Below, piece by piece: positions 55,354 through 64,000 of a stretch of 64,000 bases of DNA. The position numbers and the translations under genes are program-made. The notes under the pieces were generated by a model that saw only the letters and a program-made list of their open reading frames with translations, did no database searches and was not told the DNA's origin. Origin of the DNA: Myxococcota bacterium (GTDB lineage Bacteria > Myxococcota_A > UBA9160 > SZUA-336); NCBI GenBank assembly GCA_965247115.1, contig CBDFGR010000002.1, positions 512,001 to 576,000 of the forward strand. Reading direction: 5' to 3'. Each line of letters begins with the position of its first letter. The first letter of the stretch is position 1.

Positions 55354-56463
55354 TCAGGACTCGAAGAGGGCCTCGGGCAGCAGCGCCGAGACAACGTAGT
55401 TCGGCACGTCGACCACGTTGCTCACGCGCAGGTCGCATGCCACGCTGCAGATGATGTAGGCCTGCTCGCGAGTCCAGCCCCTCTCCTGCAGCAGGTCCAG
55501 CATGTTCAGGAGCGCATTGCGACAGGCGAGTGTGAGGTTCTCGCCTTCGTTCACGCCCTCATCCGTGATCGGCATGCCCATGGCGGCGACGAACCCTCTC
55601 GGCGCAGCCCACTCGGGCGGCGCGAAGTAGCCCGGGTGCGAGAAGCGCGGGCCCCGCATGCTTCGAGCGCCTGGCGCGTCTTTCACGACGCGAAAGCGGA
55701 GCGCCACCGTGGCGCCGATCTCGACGGCCATGACGCACACCTCCCCGTCGCCCTGAGCGAAGTGGGCATCGCCCGTGGAGAAGAGCGCGCCCTCCACGGA
55801 CACGGGCAGCAGCAGCTTCGCCCCCTTGGTGAGCTGCTTGACGTCGAAGTTGCCCCCGTTCTCGCGGGGCGGCAGCGTGCGCAACCCCTCGCTCGCAGGG
55901 CGCCCGTGACTCGGGACGGCGCCTGCCGGGTCAGGAAGAAGTGCCACACCCCCGCGTTCCGTCAGCTCCCGCTCGCGCTCTGTCCATGCCCCGACCTCCG
56001 CGTGAGAAGGCGAGACGGCGGAGATCCCCATGAACGGAGCACCCGGGATCCGCACACCCGCTAGCTGCGCAGACGTGGCCCATCCGTCGCTGATGCTCCA
56101 GTGGACGAGGAAGGGCGTCGTGCACACATCGCGCAGGAACCCGAAGCCCGGGAGGATCGCGCTGACACCGCGCGGCTCCGGAACGATGTCGAGAAACTCC
56201 ACCTCGAGCAGATCGCCCGGCTGTGCCCCCTTCACGAACACAGGCCCGGTGAGCGGGTGGACGACGTCGGCGTCAAAGTCGGACAGATCTGCCACGGTCG
56301 CGGTTGAGGCGAGTTGACCGTCGATCGCGTCCCGGGTTTCGAGCACGACCTCCTCGCCCTCGTCCACTTCGAGGATGGGCGAAATCTCCGGGTGATAGCG
56401 GTTGTGCCCGGTCGACGGCTCATCGCGAAGTGCCTTCCCCCGGTCGATCTCGATGCTCTTCAT
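55354..56463 (-). CDS. Acetamidase/formamidase family protein
   Basis: HNR.HP, HPLTGP..V.GA.PGD, PPRENGGNFD, GDAHFAQGDGEVC. Confidence 0.92.
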   Translation of the reverse strand: MKSIEIDRGKALRDEPSTGHNRYHPEISPILEVDEGEEVVLETRDAIDGQLASTATVADLSDFDADVVHPLTGPVFVKGAQPGDLLEVEFLDIVPEPRGVSAILPGFGFLRDVCTTPFLVHWSISDGWATSAQLAGVRIPGAPFMGISAVSPSHAEVGAWTERERELTERGGVALLPDPAGAVPSHGRPASEGLRTLPPRENGGNFDVKQLTKGAKLLLPVSVEGALFSTGDAHFAQGDGEVCVMAVEIGATVALRFRVVKDAPGARSMRGPRFSHPGYFAPPEWAAPRGFVAAMGMPITDEGVNEGENLTLACRNALLNMLDLLQERGWTREQAYIICSVACDLRVSNVVDVPNYVVSALLPEALFES

Positions 56464-56560
56464 CTGGCTCTCCCTTGTCGCCGCGCAGCTGGCGAGCTCC
56501 GCGCGCTCGACCCAGCGGGAGGTAGACGTGAACCTTCCGCCGCAGCTAGGGTACCAGGCC

Positions 56561-57292
56561 ATGAGCAAGGGCATCTATGCGGCGTATGCGGCGCTGTGCT
56601 ACGTCGTCTTCTTGGGCACGTTCCTCTATCTGGTCGGCTTCGTGCTCGATCTCGGCGTGCCAAAGACCATCGATTCGGGGGCCGCTGGCTCGGTCGGAGC
56701 CGCTCTCGTCGTCGATTCGCTCCTCGTCCTCCTCTTCGGCCTTCAGCACACGGTGATGGCGCGGCCTCGCTTCAAGGCTGCGTGGGTCCGCCTCATCCCC
56801 CAGCCGATCGAGCGCAGCACCTATGTGCTCGCGAGCAACCTGGTGCTGATCCTCTTGTTCTGGCTATGGCGTCCGATTCCCGTCACGCTCTGGGCGGTCG
56901 AGTCACCTGCTCTTGGGGTGGTCCTGACCGGGATCGCGCTGATCGGGTTCGGGATCGCCGTCTACTCGACCTTCCTGATCGACCACTTCGACCTCTTGGG
57001 CCTGCGTCAGGTGGCAGGGCACCTGCGCGGCCAGACCCCTTCCGGGAAGGGGTTCCGGACCCCGAGCCTGTACAGGCTCGTGCGCCACCCGCTCTACCTC
57101 GGCTTCTTGATCGCGTTCTGGCTGACGCCGCACATGACGGTCGGACACTTCCTGTTCTCGGCTCTGAACACGGCCTACATCTTCATCGGGATTCCGTTCG
57201 AGGAGCGCGACCTCGCTCGAACTCTCGGAGACGACTACATCCGCTACCGCGAGAAGGTGCCGATGGTCCTCCCGCTTCCCAGGCGCGGCTGA
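56561..57292 (+). CDS. mddA: Methanethiol S-methyltransferase
   Basis: FGLQHTVMARP.FK, IERSTYVL, LFWLWRP, DHFDL.GLRQ, VRHPLYLGF, YIFIG..FEERDL. Confidence 0.85.
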   Translation: MSKGIYAAYAALCYVVFLGTFLYLVGFVLDLGVPKTIDSGAAGSVGAALVVDSLLVLLFGLQHTVMARPRFKAAWVRLIPQPIERSTYVLASNLVLILLFWLWRPIPVTLWAVESPALGVVLTGIALIGFGIAVYSTFLIDHFDLLGLRQVAGHLRGQTPSGKGFRTPSLYRLVRHPLYLGFLIAFWLTPHMTVGHFLFSALNTAYIFIGIPFEERDLARTLGDDYIRYREKVPMVLPLPRRG

Positions 57293-57355
57293 GGCCTTCT
57301 CGGCACGATTGCTCGCGTACCCGCGATCGCTGGAACGACGCCGCCTGTTCCTGGA

Positions 57356-57619
57356 CTAGAAGCGCACCGCGAAGCCGTTGGGGGTGGTCCGCACGACTTC
57401 AGCCGACAGATCGACGGAGCGCATCTTCTGCCCCTCGGTCCAGTAGAAGATCGTGAGGCCCATCCGCTCGCCCGGATATGCGGAGGTCGACGATGGCTCG
57501 ATCAGCGCGCCCGACATGGAGATGTTCGCAACGGCACCTCCGCCTTCGAGCTCATGTCCACAGTAGGCAACTACCGCCCGCATCTTGTGACGCGGACGGA
57601 CACCTTGGTTGCTCGTCAT
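57356..57619 (-). CDS. PilZ domain protein
   Basis: RPRH, NISMSGALI (N/DxSxxG), AEVVR, GFAVRF. Confidence 0.8.
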   Translation of the reverse strand: MTSNQGVRPRHKMRAVVAYCGHELEGGGAVANISMSGALIEPSSTSAYPGERMGLTIFYWTEGQKMRSVDLSAEVVRTTPNGFAVRF

Positions 57620-57636
57620 AGGTCTCCCCTCGCACC

Positions 57637-57664
57637 TTATCGGTGGTGCCAGGGGGCGACTTTA
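57637..57664 (-). promoter_or_regulatory. Putative sigma-28 (FliA/SigD-type) promoter
   Basis: Minus strand TAAA-N16-ACCGATAA just upstream of the PilZ gene RBS. Confidence 0.6.
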
Positions 57665-57682
57665 AGCGACCTTTGAGACAGT

Positions 57683-58558
57683 CTAGGCCAGGGAGCTCAG
57701 CTGGCGCATGTAGCGGCGGTCGCTCGCGTCGAAGCGATCGCGGCGGTGCATGCCGCCGAGAGCATCGAACAGGATCAGGTCCCCGACCTGCCAGTCGTGA
57801 CGGTAGATGAACTCCTCCTGGGTCGAGTGCTCGAAGAGTTCCCCCAGCAGGGCGGCGCTCTCGTCCTCCGGGACGTCGAGGATCCAGCGTGTATTCGCGG
57901 GGCTCACGTAGAGCGCCTCGCGGCCCGTCTCGGGATGGCGCATGACCACCGGCCGGACGTACTCGGGAAGCGGCGGGCGCTCGATGGCCGCTTTGGCATC
58001 GCGCTCCTTCTTGAGACGCCCCGCCTCCTCGATCTGCGCTCGGTCCTCGGCGCCCATCACGAACTCGCGAAGGTCGTGATGGGCGCGCATACCGCGGAGC
58101 TGCTTGACTCGCTCGTCCGGCAAGGTCTCGAGCGCCCGATACATGTCGCAGAAGTGGGTGCTGCTCGGGGCCCGCGGCAGCTCGACGGCATCGAGGAAGC
58201 TCTCCTTCGCCACGCGGTCCAGGTACGAGTAATCCAGGTGCCAGGGGAACTCGACCGCCGCGCCCGTTCCCAGCGGGTACCCCTGCTCGTCCTCCAGGTT
58301 CGTGATCGGCAGGATCTCGGGATACTCGGCGGGGTCGCGCAGGAAGTCGGTGCCCACGATCAGGTCGCCAAAGTTCCTGGCAAAGCGCACGAACTCGGGA
58401 CCCGTCGGGGGGACATGGCCGCGAAACAGCAGCACCAGGTGCTCCCGAAGGGCCTGCTTGAGCTGCTCGATTACGTCTGACGGGACGTCTTGCGTCAGAT
58501 CCACCCCGCGGACCTCGGCACCCCGGGGCTGTGCCAGCGGCTTGATCTCGACGGTCAT
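57683..58558 (-). CDS. TauD/TfdA-family 2-oxoglutarate/Fe(II) dioxygenase
   Basis: GAEVRGVDL, WHLD facial triad, HPETGR.ALY, H.WQVGD..FD....H. Confidence 0.9.
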   Translation of the reverse strand: MTVEIKPLAQPRGAEVRGVDLTQDVPSDVIEQLKQALREHLVLLFRGHVPPTGPEFVRFARNFGDLIVGTDFLRDPAEYPEILPITNLEDEQGYPLGTGAAVEFPWHLDYSYLDRVAKESFLDAVELPRAPSSTHFCDMYRALETLPDERVKQLRGMRAHHDLREFVMGAEDRAQIEEAGRLKKERDAKAAIERPPLPEYVRPVVMRHPETGREALYVSPANTRWILDVPEDESAALLGELFEHSTQEEFIYRHDWQVGDLILFDALGGMHRRDRFDASDRRYMRQLSSLA

Positions 58559-58726
58559 TCGCACACGCTCCGACTTGGCTGTGGACTAGTGTATAGCAGC
58601 GGCAAGAGGCGGGCGAATGATCGTGCTATCGCGCCGCGCTCGGGCAACGGGCCGGAGATCGCCGTGCGCGCAGACTACACTCACCATCGGAGTGGGAGAC
58701 ACAGCGACACACGCAGGCACCGTGTC

Positions 58727-60094
58727 TTGATCCAGTCCCGAGAGCGCGTACCCCTGGGGACACTGGTCATCTACGCGCTGCCCACCGCGTCATTCGGCTT
58801 CATGGGCGGGCTCATCTCGATGTACCTGCTCAAGTTCTCGACGGACGTGTTGCTGATCGCGCCCGCGGTGATGGGCCTCTGGTTCGGGTTGTCACGCCTC
58901 TGGGATGCGGTCTCGGACCCGCTCGTGGGCTACTGGAGCGACCGGACAAAGACCCGCCTCGGCCGCCGGCGTCCCTGGATGATCGCGGCCGTGCTACCGC
59001 TCGGGCTGCTCTTCGTCGCGTTGTGGAGCCCGCCGGTTACCCTCACGGGGAACTTGCTCGCGGTCTGGACAGGCGGGGCGATCATCCTCTTCTACACCGC
59101 CCAGACCGCGCTCGGCATCCCGCACCTTGCCCTGGGAGCGGAGCTCACGCTCGATTACCACGATCGTTCGCGGGTCTTCGGCGCGAGGATGATCCTGGAG
59201 TTCACGGGCGTCATCCTTGCCGCCAGCTCGCTCGTGCTGCTCGAGAGGGCCAGCGACCAGCGCACGATCGCGACCGAGCTCGCGATCGCCGGCGCGGTCC
59301 TGACCATGGGACTCGTCCTGCTCACCGCCACCCGGATCCGCGAGCGGCCGGAATACCAGGGCCGCGGAGCGACGGGCTCGTATGGCGCGTTTCGAGACGT
59401 GCTGCGCAATCCCCACGCGCGCCTTCTCGTGGTCGTCTTTCTGCTGGATCAGCTTGGCTTCTCCGCGCTGATCACGCTCCTCCCCTACACGAGCCAGTAC
59501 ATCCTGCAGGAGACGGGGATGACCGGGATCTTCGTCGGGGCATCGATCGTCTCCGCCCTGGTCGCATACCCGATCTGGTTCCCGCTCGCGCGGCGCTACG
59601 GCAAGCGCAATCCGTGGATCGTCGCGACCGTGATCAAGGCAGGCGCGTTCGGCTGCATGTTCTTCCTGCAGCCGGGCAACTGGGAGCTGATCATCGCGCT
59701 GATCGTGGTGATCGGCGCGGTCCAGGGCGCGGGCAACATCCTCGGACCGTCGATCAAGGCCGACGTCGTCGACTACGACGAGTACCAGACCGGCGAACGC
59801 AAGGAGGGCTCGTACTTCGCGATCTGGAACGTGGCCACGAAGGCAGCAGCCGGCGTGGCAATCGCGCTCACCGGCTTCGTTCTGAGCGCGGCCGGGTTCC
59901 GGCCGAACCTCGAGCAGAGCGAGACCACGCTGCTGTCCATGCGCCTGCTCTTCTCGGCCTTCCCCTGCCTGCTGAACCTGACGACCGCGCTGCTACTGGT
60001 GCGCTTCAGCCTGAACGAGCGCGAGCACGCCCGCATCCGCGCCGCCCTCGATGCCAGGTCAGGCATATCCCAGGGGGCAGGCGATCACGGGTAA
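58727..60094 (+). CDS. MFS transporter, GPH/MelB family
   Basis: WDAVSDPLVGYWSDRT.TRLGRRRPW, ADVVDYDEYQTGERKEG; start uncertain. Confidence 0.9.
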   Translation: MIQSRERVPLGTLVIYALPTASFGFMGGLISMYLLKFSTDVLLIAPAVMGLWFGLSRLWDAVSDPLVGYWSDRTKTRLGRRRPWMIAAVLPLGLLFVALWSPPVTLTGNLLAVWTGGAIILFYTAQTALGIPHLALGAELTLDYHDRSRVFGARMILEFTGVILAASSLVLLERASDQRTIATELAIAGAVLTMGLVLLTATRIRERPEYQGRGATGSYGAFRDVLRNPHARLLVVVFLLDQLGFSALITLLPYTSQYILQETGMTGIFVGASIVSALVAYPIWFPLARRYGKRNPWIVATVIKAGAFGCMFFLQPGNWELIIALIVVIGAVQGAGNILGPSIKADVVDYDEYQTGERKEGSYFAIWNVATKAAAGVAIALTGFVLSAAGFRPNLEQSETTLLSMRLLFSAFPCLLNLTTALLLVRFSLNEREHARIRAALDARSGISQGAGDHG

Positions 60095-60267
60095 GATCCC
60101 GTCAGAAGGAGCCCGTCGGAGGATCTCGTGTGCCTTCGCGACGTCCATGAATACGCCGGCGCCTCGGTCGCCGCCATCTAGACGATGCGTCTCCCCGCAG
60201 GTTACTCTTGACCCGGAGACGAGGCGGCAGGCTTCGTGGTGGGCCTTCCCTGCCGAGAGGAGCTCGA

Positions 60268-61185
60268 ATGACAACTTCTGCAGGACTCCGTGGTGTGATC
60301 CCGGCGATTCCGACGCCGTTTACCCCTGACGGAGGCAAGGTCGATGAGGTCGCCCTCGAGCGGGTTGTAAGGCATGTACTCGACGGAGGCGTCCACGGGA
60401 TCATGACCACGGGTGGCACGGGCGAGTTCCCGCATCTCTCCCGAGAGGAGCGCCGCCGCGTAACGGCTGTCGTCGTCTCCGAGGCCGCGGGGGCGGTCCC
60501 GATCTACGCTGGGACAGCAGCCTGCTCGACCCTGGAAGTCCTCGCGCTCACAGAGGATGCTCGAGCAGCCGGCGCCGATGCAGCCATCTTCACGCCGCCG
60601 TTTTACTTCCCGATCCCAGAGGACATGCTCCACCAGCACTTTGCCGATACTGCAGCGGCCGACATCCTGCCGGTCGTCGTCTACAACAACCCGCTTTACA
60701 CGGGAAACAACCTCGGCCCCGCACTGATCGCCTCGCTCATGGAGCTCGACAACGTGATCGGGCTGAAACAATCGAACGACGACCTGGGGCAGCTGGTCGA
60801 GGCTCTGCGGCTCAGTAGAGCAGGGAGCGAAGCCTCGCTGCTCACCGGCATCGATAGCCAGTTCTACGCGGCCCTCGCCGTCGGTGCGCGCGGGATCTTC
60901 TCGACCGCCGCCGCGATCGTTCCCGCCCAGATGGTGCGCCTGTACGAGCTGGCGCAGAAAGGCGATCAGGTGGGGGCGCAGGCGCAGCACGAGCTGCTCC
61001 AGCCGCTCAACCGCTTCCTCGAGTACGACCCGGGCTACGTCTCGCCGACGAAGGAGGCGCTGCGGATGCTCGGGCTCGAATGCGGACCCGTGCGGCGGCC
61101 GCTCCCCGACTTCCCGGATTCCGAGCGGGCTACCCTCCGAGAGGCACTGGCGGACCTCGAAGTTCTGAAGGGGGTGGCAGCATGA
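60268..61185 (+). CDS. DapA/NAL-family aldolase
   Basis: PTPF, GGTGEF, PPFY, YNNP..TG, Schiff-base Lys in IGLKQS; GAGGAG RBS. Confidence 0.9.
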   Translation: MTTSAGLRGVIPAIPTPFTPDGGKVDEVALERVVRHVLDGGVHGIMTTGGTGEFPHLSREERRRVTAVVVSEAAGAVPIYAGTAACSTLEVLALTEDARAAGADAAIFTPPFYFPIPEDMLHQHFADTAAADILPVVVYNNPLYTGNNLGPALIASLMELDNVIGLKQSNDDLGQLVEALRLSRAGSEASLLTGIDSQFYAALAVGARGIFSTAAAIVPAQMVRLYELAQKGDQVGAQAQHELLQPLNRFLEYDPGYVSPTKEALRMLGLECGPVRRPLPDFPDSERATLREALADLEVLKGVAA

Positions 61186-62186
61186 GGCTCGTGACATACG
61201 AACACGACTCCCGGCGCGCAATCGGCGCAGTCCACGACGGCAGCGTCATCGACCTCCAGAGCGCATACGCCCGCTACCTCGCTGACGTCGAGGATGACCC
61301 ACGAGCGGCGAAGATCGCCACGGTTCGCATCCCTGTCGACATGACCGGGTTCGTCGCAGGACTGGAGCCGTCGTGGCGGGCAGCGGAGCATGCTCTCGAC
61401 TATGCAGTCGGGACGGCAGCCGGGGAATTCGCGCGGGCGCTCGAGGACGTCAGACTGGTCGCACCCCTCGTTCCTCCCACCATCCTCAACACCGGCCAGA
61501 ACTACTGGGATCATCGTGACGAGAAGCCCGCCGTTGAGCAGCACGATCCTGAGTTCTTCCTGAAGGCCCCGCTCGCGGTCATCGGCCCCGACGAGCCGAT
61601 CGTCTATGACTCGGTGGTCACGAAGAAGCTCGACTACGAGGTGGAGCTGGCGGTCGTGATCGGAAAACCGGGACGTCACATACCGAAGTCCCAAGCGCTC
61701 GAGCATGTCTTTGGCTACACGGTGGCGAACGACATCACTGCCCGAGACCGGCAGGCCGTTCCTCATCCCGAGGGCGGCTGGGAGTACCGGCTCGGCCCCG
61801 GAAAGAACTTCGATACGGCGGCGCCGCTCGGACCCTGGATCGTCACTCGGGACGAGATCCCCGATCCGCAGAGCCTCCAGCTTCGGACGCTCGTGAACGA
61901 CGAGCTGCGCCAGAACAACTCAACCAAGAACATGATCTGGGACGTTGCCACGCTCGTGTCGTTCTTCTCCGACTTCTACACGCTTCAGCCCGGCGTTGTG
62001 ATCGAGACCGGAACACCCGGCGGAACGGCGTGGGCGACCGATCCCGAACTCGGCGGTCGCCCCTATGAGCGGGAGGACGTCAAACGCGCGGGCTACCTCG
62101 AGCCGGGCGATGTGGTGCGCGTTGAGATTGAGGCGATCGGCTCGCTTAACAACCCCATCGTCTCGGCACGAGAGACAGGGGAGTGA
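61182..62186 (+). CDS. Fumarylacetoacetate hydrolase family protein
   Basis: GQNY..H, FFLK, LDYEVELAVVIG, NDITARD, GKNFD, TGTPGG. Confidence 0.92.
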   Translation: MRLVTYEHDSRRAIGAVHDGSVIDLQSAYARYLADVEDDPRAAKIATVRIPVDMTGFVAGLEPSWRAAEHALDYAVGTAAGEFARALEDVRLVAPLVPPTILNTGQNYWDHRDEKPAVEQHDPEFFLKAPLAVIGPDEPIVYDSVVTKKLDYEVELAVVIGKPGRHIPKSQALEHVFGYTVANDITARDRQAVPHPEGGWEYRLGPGKNFDTAAPLGPWIVTRDEIPDPQSLQLRTLVNDELRQNNSTKNMIWDVATLVSFFSDFYTLQPGVVIETGTPGGTAWATDPELGGRPYEREDVKRAGYLEPGDVVRVEIEAIGSLNNPIVSARETGE

Positions 62187-62207
62187 GGCAGGAGAGGAGG
62201 AAGTTTG

Positions 62208-63044
62208 ATGGCCCGCTCGATCTACATGCCCGAGATGACCAACCTCCAGGTGCGCGAGTTCCTCGATGGTGGCGGGCAAACAGTCATCGTCCCGGTAGGC
62301 TCGACCGAAGACCACGGTGACCACGGCCCGCTCTGGACCGACGTATACATCCCGACCGAGGTGGCCAAGGCGGCGGCGCCGGAGTTGCAGGCACTGGTGG
62401 GTCCACCCATTCCATTCGGTCTCGCACACGACCACCGCGGCGCCAGCGGCCTCGTGCACCTCCGCCTCGAGACCTTCGTCGGACTCCTCAAGGACGTCAG
62501 CCTCTCTCTCGCAGACTCGGGTTTCTCCCGGATCGTTCTCTTGAACGGCCACTACGTGAACAGCTGGGCGATGCAGTATGCGACGGCCCAGTTCTTCGAC
62601 GAGTTGCCCGAGGGAGTCCGCGTGTATCCCTTCCCGTACTGGCAGGGGCTTCCACCCGAGCGAGCGGCCCAGTACATGGGGCCCGACACGGGTATTCATG
62701 CCAACGTCGGTGAGACGTCGATCGTGCTCGCCATCGACGAGGGCCTCTGCGACATGGATCGGGTCCGTGACTTCACTCCCGACGTCGGCGAGCTGCGCAC
62801 CAACCTCCTTGGCCTGCTCGACCCCCTCTACCTCTCGACCCCAGGGTCCTTCTGGTCGATGCTCGAGCCCGGGGGCGGCACATGGGGAAATCCCTCCGAG
62901 TCGACCGCCGAGAAGGGCAAGCAGTTCCTCGAATGGTGTGCCGAAGCGGTCGTCAACCTCGTTCGCGACATGGAGGATGTTCACGATCGCCTCGAGCCGA
63001 GCTACCGAGCGAGTCGGCCCAATCGGGGCCGTGCCGTTCGCTGA
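62208..63044 (+). CDS. Creatininase family amidohydrolase
   Basis: PVGSTEDHG.H.P..TD, NGH..N, HA...ETS, G.P...TAEKG. Confidence 0.88.
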   Translation: MARSIYMPEMTNLQVREFLDGGGQTVIVPVGSTEDHGDHGPLWTDVYIPTEVAKAAAPELQALVGPPIPFGLAHDHRGASGLVHLRLETFVGLLKDVSLSLADSGFSRIVLLNGHYVNSWAMQYATAQFFDELPEGVRVYPFPYWQGLPPERAAQYMGPDTGIHANVGETSIVLAIDEGLCDMDRVRDFTPDVGELRTNLLGLLDPLYLSTPGSFWSMLEPGGGTWGNPSESTAEKGKQFLEWCAEAVVNLVRDMEDVHDRLEPSYRASRPNRGRAVR

Positions 63045-63055
63045 TCTCGAGGAAT

Positions 63056-63079
63056 AACTTCGATACGGCGGCGCCGCTC
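63056..63079 (+). repeat. 24-bp exact direct repeat of 61806-61829
   Basis: AACTTCGATACGGCGGCGCCGCTC occurs inside the FAH gene and again here. Confidence 0.85.
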
Positions 63080-64000
63080 AGGCCTGATTCAGCACTTTCA
63101 GGTACTGCTCACGCACCTCCGCGATGCGCTCGTCGAGGTCTTTCGTAGTCCAGTCGGCGGTCGGGATCGGCGGCAGGACGACGGCCTCGACGGTTGCGGG
63201 GCGCACCACAAAGGCGTGCTTTGGCATGGCATCCAGGGCATTGCGCAGAACGATCGGCACGACCGGGACGCCCGCCTGCATGGCGATGTGAAAGGGGCCC
63301 TTCTTGAATGGCCCGAGGCGCGGCGTGGGACTGCGGGTCCCCTCCGGGGCAATCACGAGGGAGCGACCCGCGCGGATCTCGTCCACGACGGGACGCAATG
63401 CCTCGATCGCCTGCTCGGGGTCGGAGCGGTCGATGAACACGGTCCCGGCCCACTCCGCGATGCGTCCGAACAGGGGAACCCGCAGCTCCTTCTTGCCAAC
63501 GGCGATGACGTCGCGCCGCACCATCTTCGTGACCAGGACCGCGTCGATGTTGCTCTGGTGGTTGAAGATGAACACGACCGGGCGCTCGAGCCACAGGTTC
63601 TGCTCGCCCTCGACACGAAGCTCCACCCCGGCGATCGCCGTACAGAGATCCGCGCTCGCAGACATCGAGGCGTTGACGAAGTGCCGCCAGTCGCGATTCA
63701 GCAGCGCCCCTGGCAGCGCGAGCAGGGGCGCGTACGACATCCCGGTGAGAGCGAGGCCGGTGCGAATGACGTCGATCGGCCGAGCGCGGCCGCGGCTCTC
63801 GAAGCGTGCCATGGGCCAGGCTCTCCGCCGCGCCACCCGTGCAAGGTTCGAATCGGGGTTCACGGGACGCGGCTTGCCGACCGCCTGGAGCAGCGGCAGA
63901 TCCTGGTAGTTGTCGGTATAGAAGTAGCTGCGGTCCAGGTCGAGCCCGTACTCGAGCGAGAGCCGCTCGGCGCCTTCCGCCTTGCGCCTGCCGTCGCAGG
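63078..64000 (-). CDS. HAD-IB hydrolase / 1-acylglycerol-3-phosphate acyltransferase fusion (5' truncated)
   Basis: YFYTD..QDLPLL.AVGKP..VNP (HAD-IB C-term), then NHQS..D, FIDR, PEGTR, FKKG (PlsC motifs). Confidence 0.88.
   Translation of the reverse strand, partial: CDGRRKAEGAERLSLEYGLDLDRSYFYTDNYQDLPLLQAVGKPRPVNPDSNLARVARRRAWPMARFESRGRARPIDVIRTGLALTGMSYAPLLALPGALLNRDWRHFVNASMSASADLCTAIAGVELRVEGEQNLWLERPVVFIFNHQSNIDAVLVTKMVRRDVIAVGKKELRVPLFGRIAEWAGTVFIDRSDPEQAIEALRPVVDEIRAGRSLVIAPEGTRSPTPRLGPFKKGPFHIAMQAGVPVVPIVLRNALDAMPKHAFVVRPATVEAVVLPPIPTADWTTKDLDERIAEVREQYLKVLNQA

Noticed and set aside
62208..63044. Mycofactocin peptidase MftE / RiPP cluster
   Set aside because: No precursor peptide, RRE or radical SAM gene nearby; generic creatininase family is sufficient.
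1..64000. Numerous long alternative-frame and antisense ORFs in the six-frame track (e.g. 2161..3687-, 14979..16820+, 37523..39133-, 45838..47808-)
   Set aside because: They are shadows of recognisable genes, expected from stop-codon scarcity in high-GC DNA, and carry no family motifs.
1..64000. CRISPR array, tRNA, rRNA, integrase/prophage
   Set aside because: No regularly spaced repeats, cloverleaf/T-loop signatures or phage genes were seen; intergenic gaps are short. Small ncRNAs cannot be excluded by eye.

Overview
A gene-dense, high-GC bacterial chromosomal segment with about 68 CDSs; the gene content suggests a Myxococcota/'Deltaproteobacteria'-type heterotroph (inference only). It is dominated by accessory catabolic genes: four class III CoA-transferases, enoyl-CoA hydratases, MaoC dehydratases, SDRs, LLM oxidoreductases, a Rieske oxygenase alpha/beta pair, a TauD-type dioxygenase and amidases. 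It also carries a TupABC tungstate transporter, a LolCDE/MacB-type ABC transporter, mddA, a Ser/Ser variant of DapF, signalling proteins (FHA-GAF-HD-GYP, PilZ, a cyclase-STAND-TPR protein), an HTH/nucleotidyltransferase TA-like pair, one complete IS5-type element with a CTAG duplication, and several pseudogenes. No rRNA, tRNA or CRISPR array was seen. The most unusual signal is a 110-bp AT-rich REPIN/MITE-like palindrome (26056-26165) whose ends supply the stop codons of two convergent genes. On both sides it is flanked by a mirror-symmetric ~180-200 bp zone in which synonymous G is almost absent on the strand running into the hairpin. All calls come from reading motifs by eye; no database searches were run, and start codons are best guesses.
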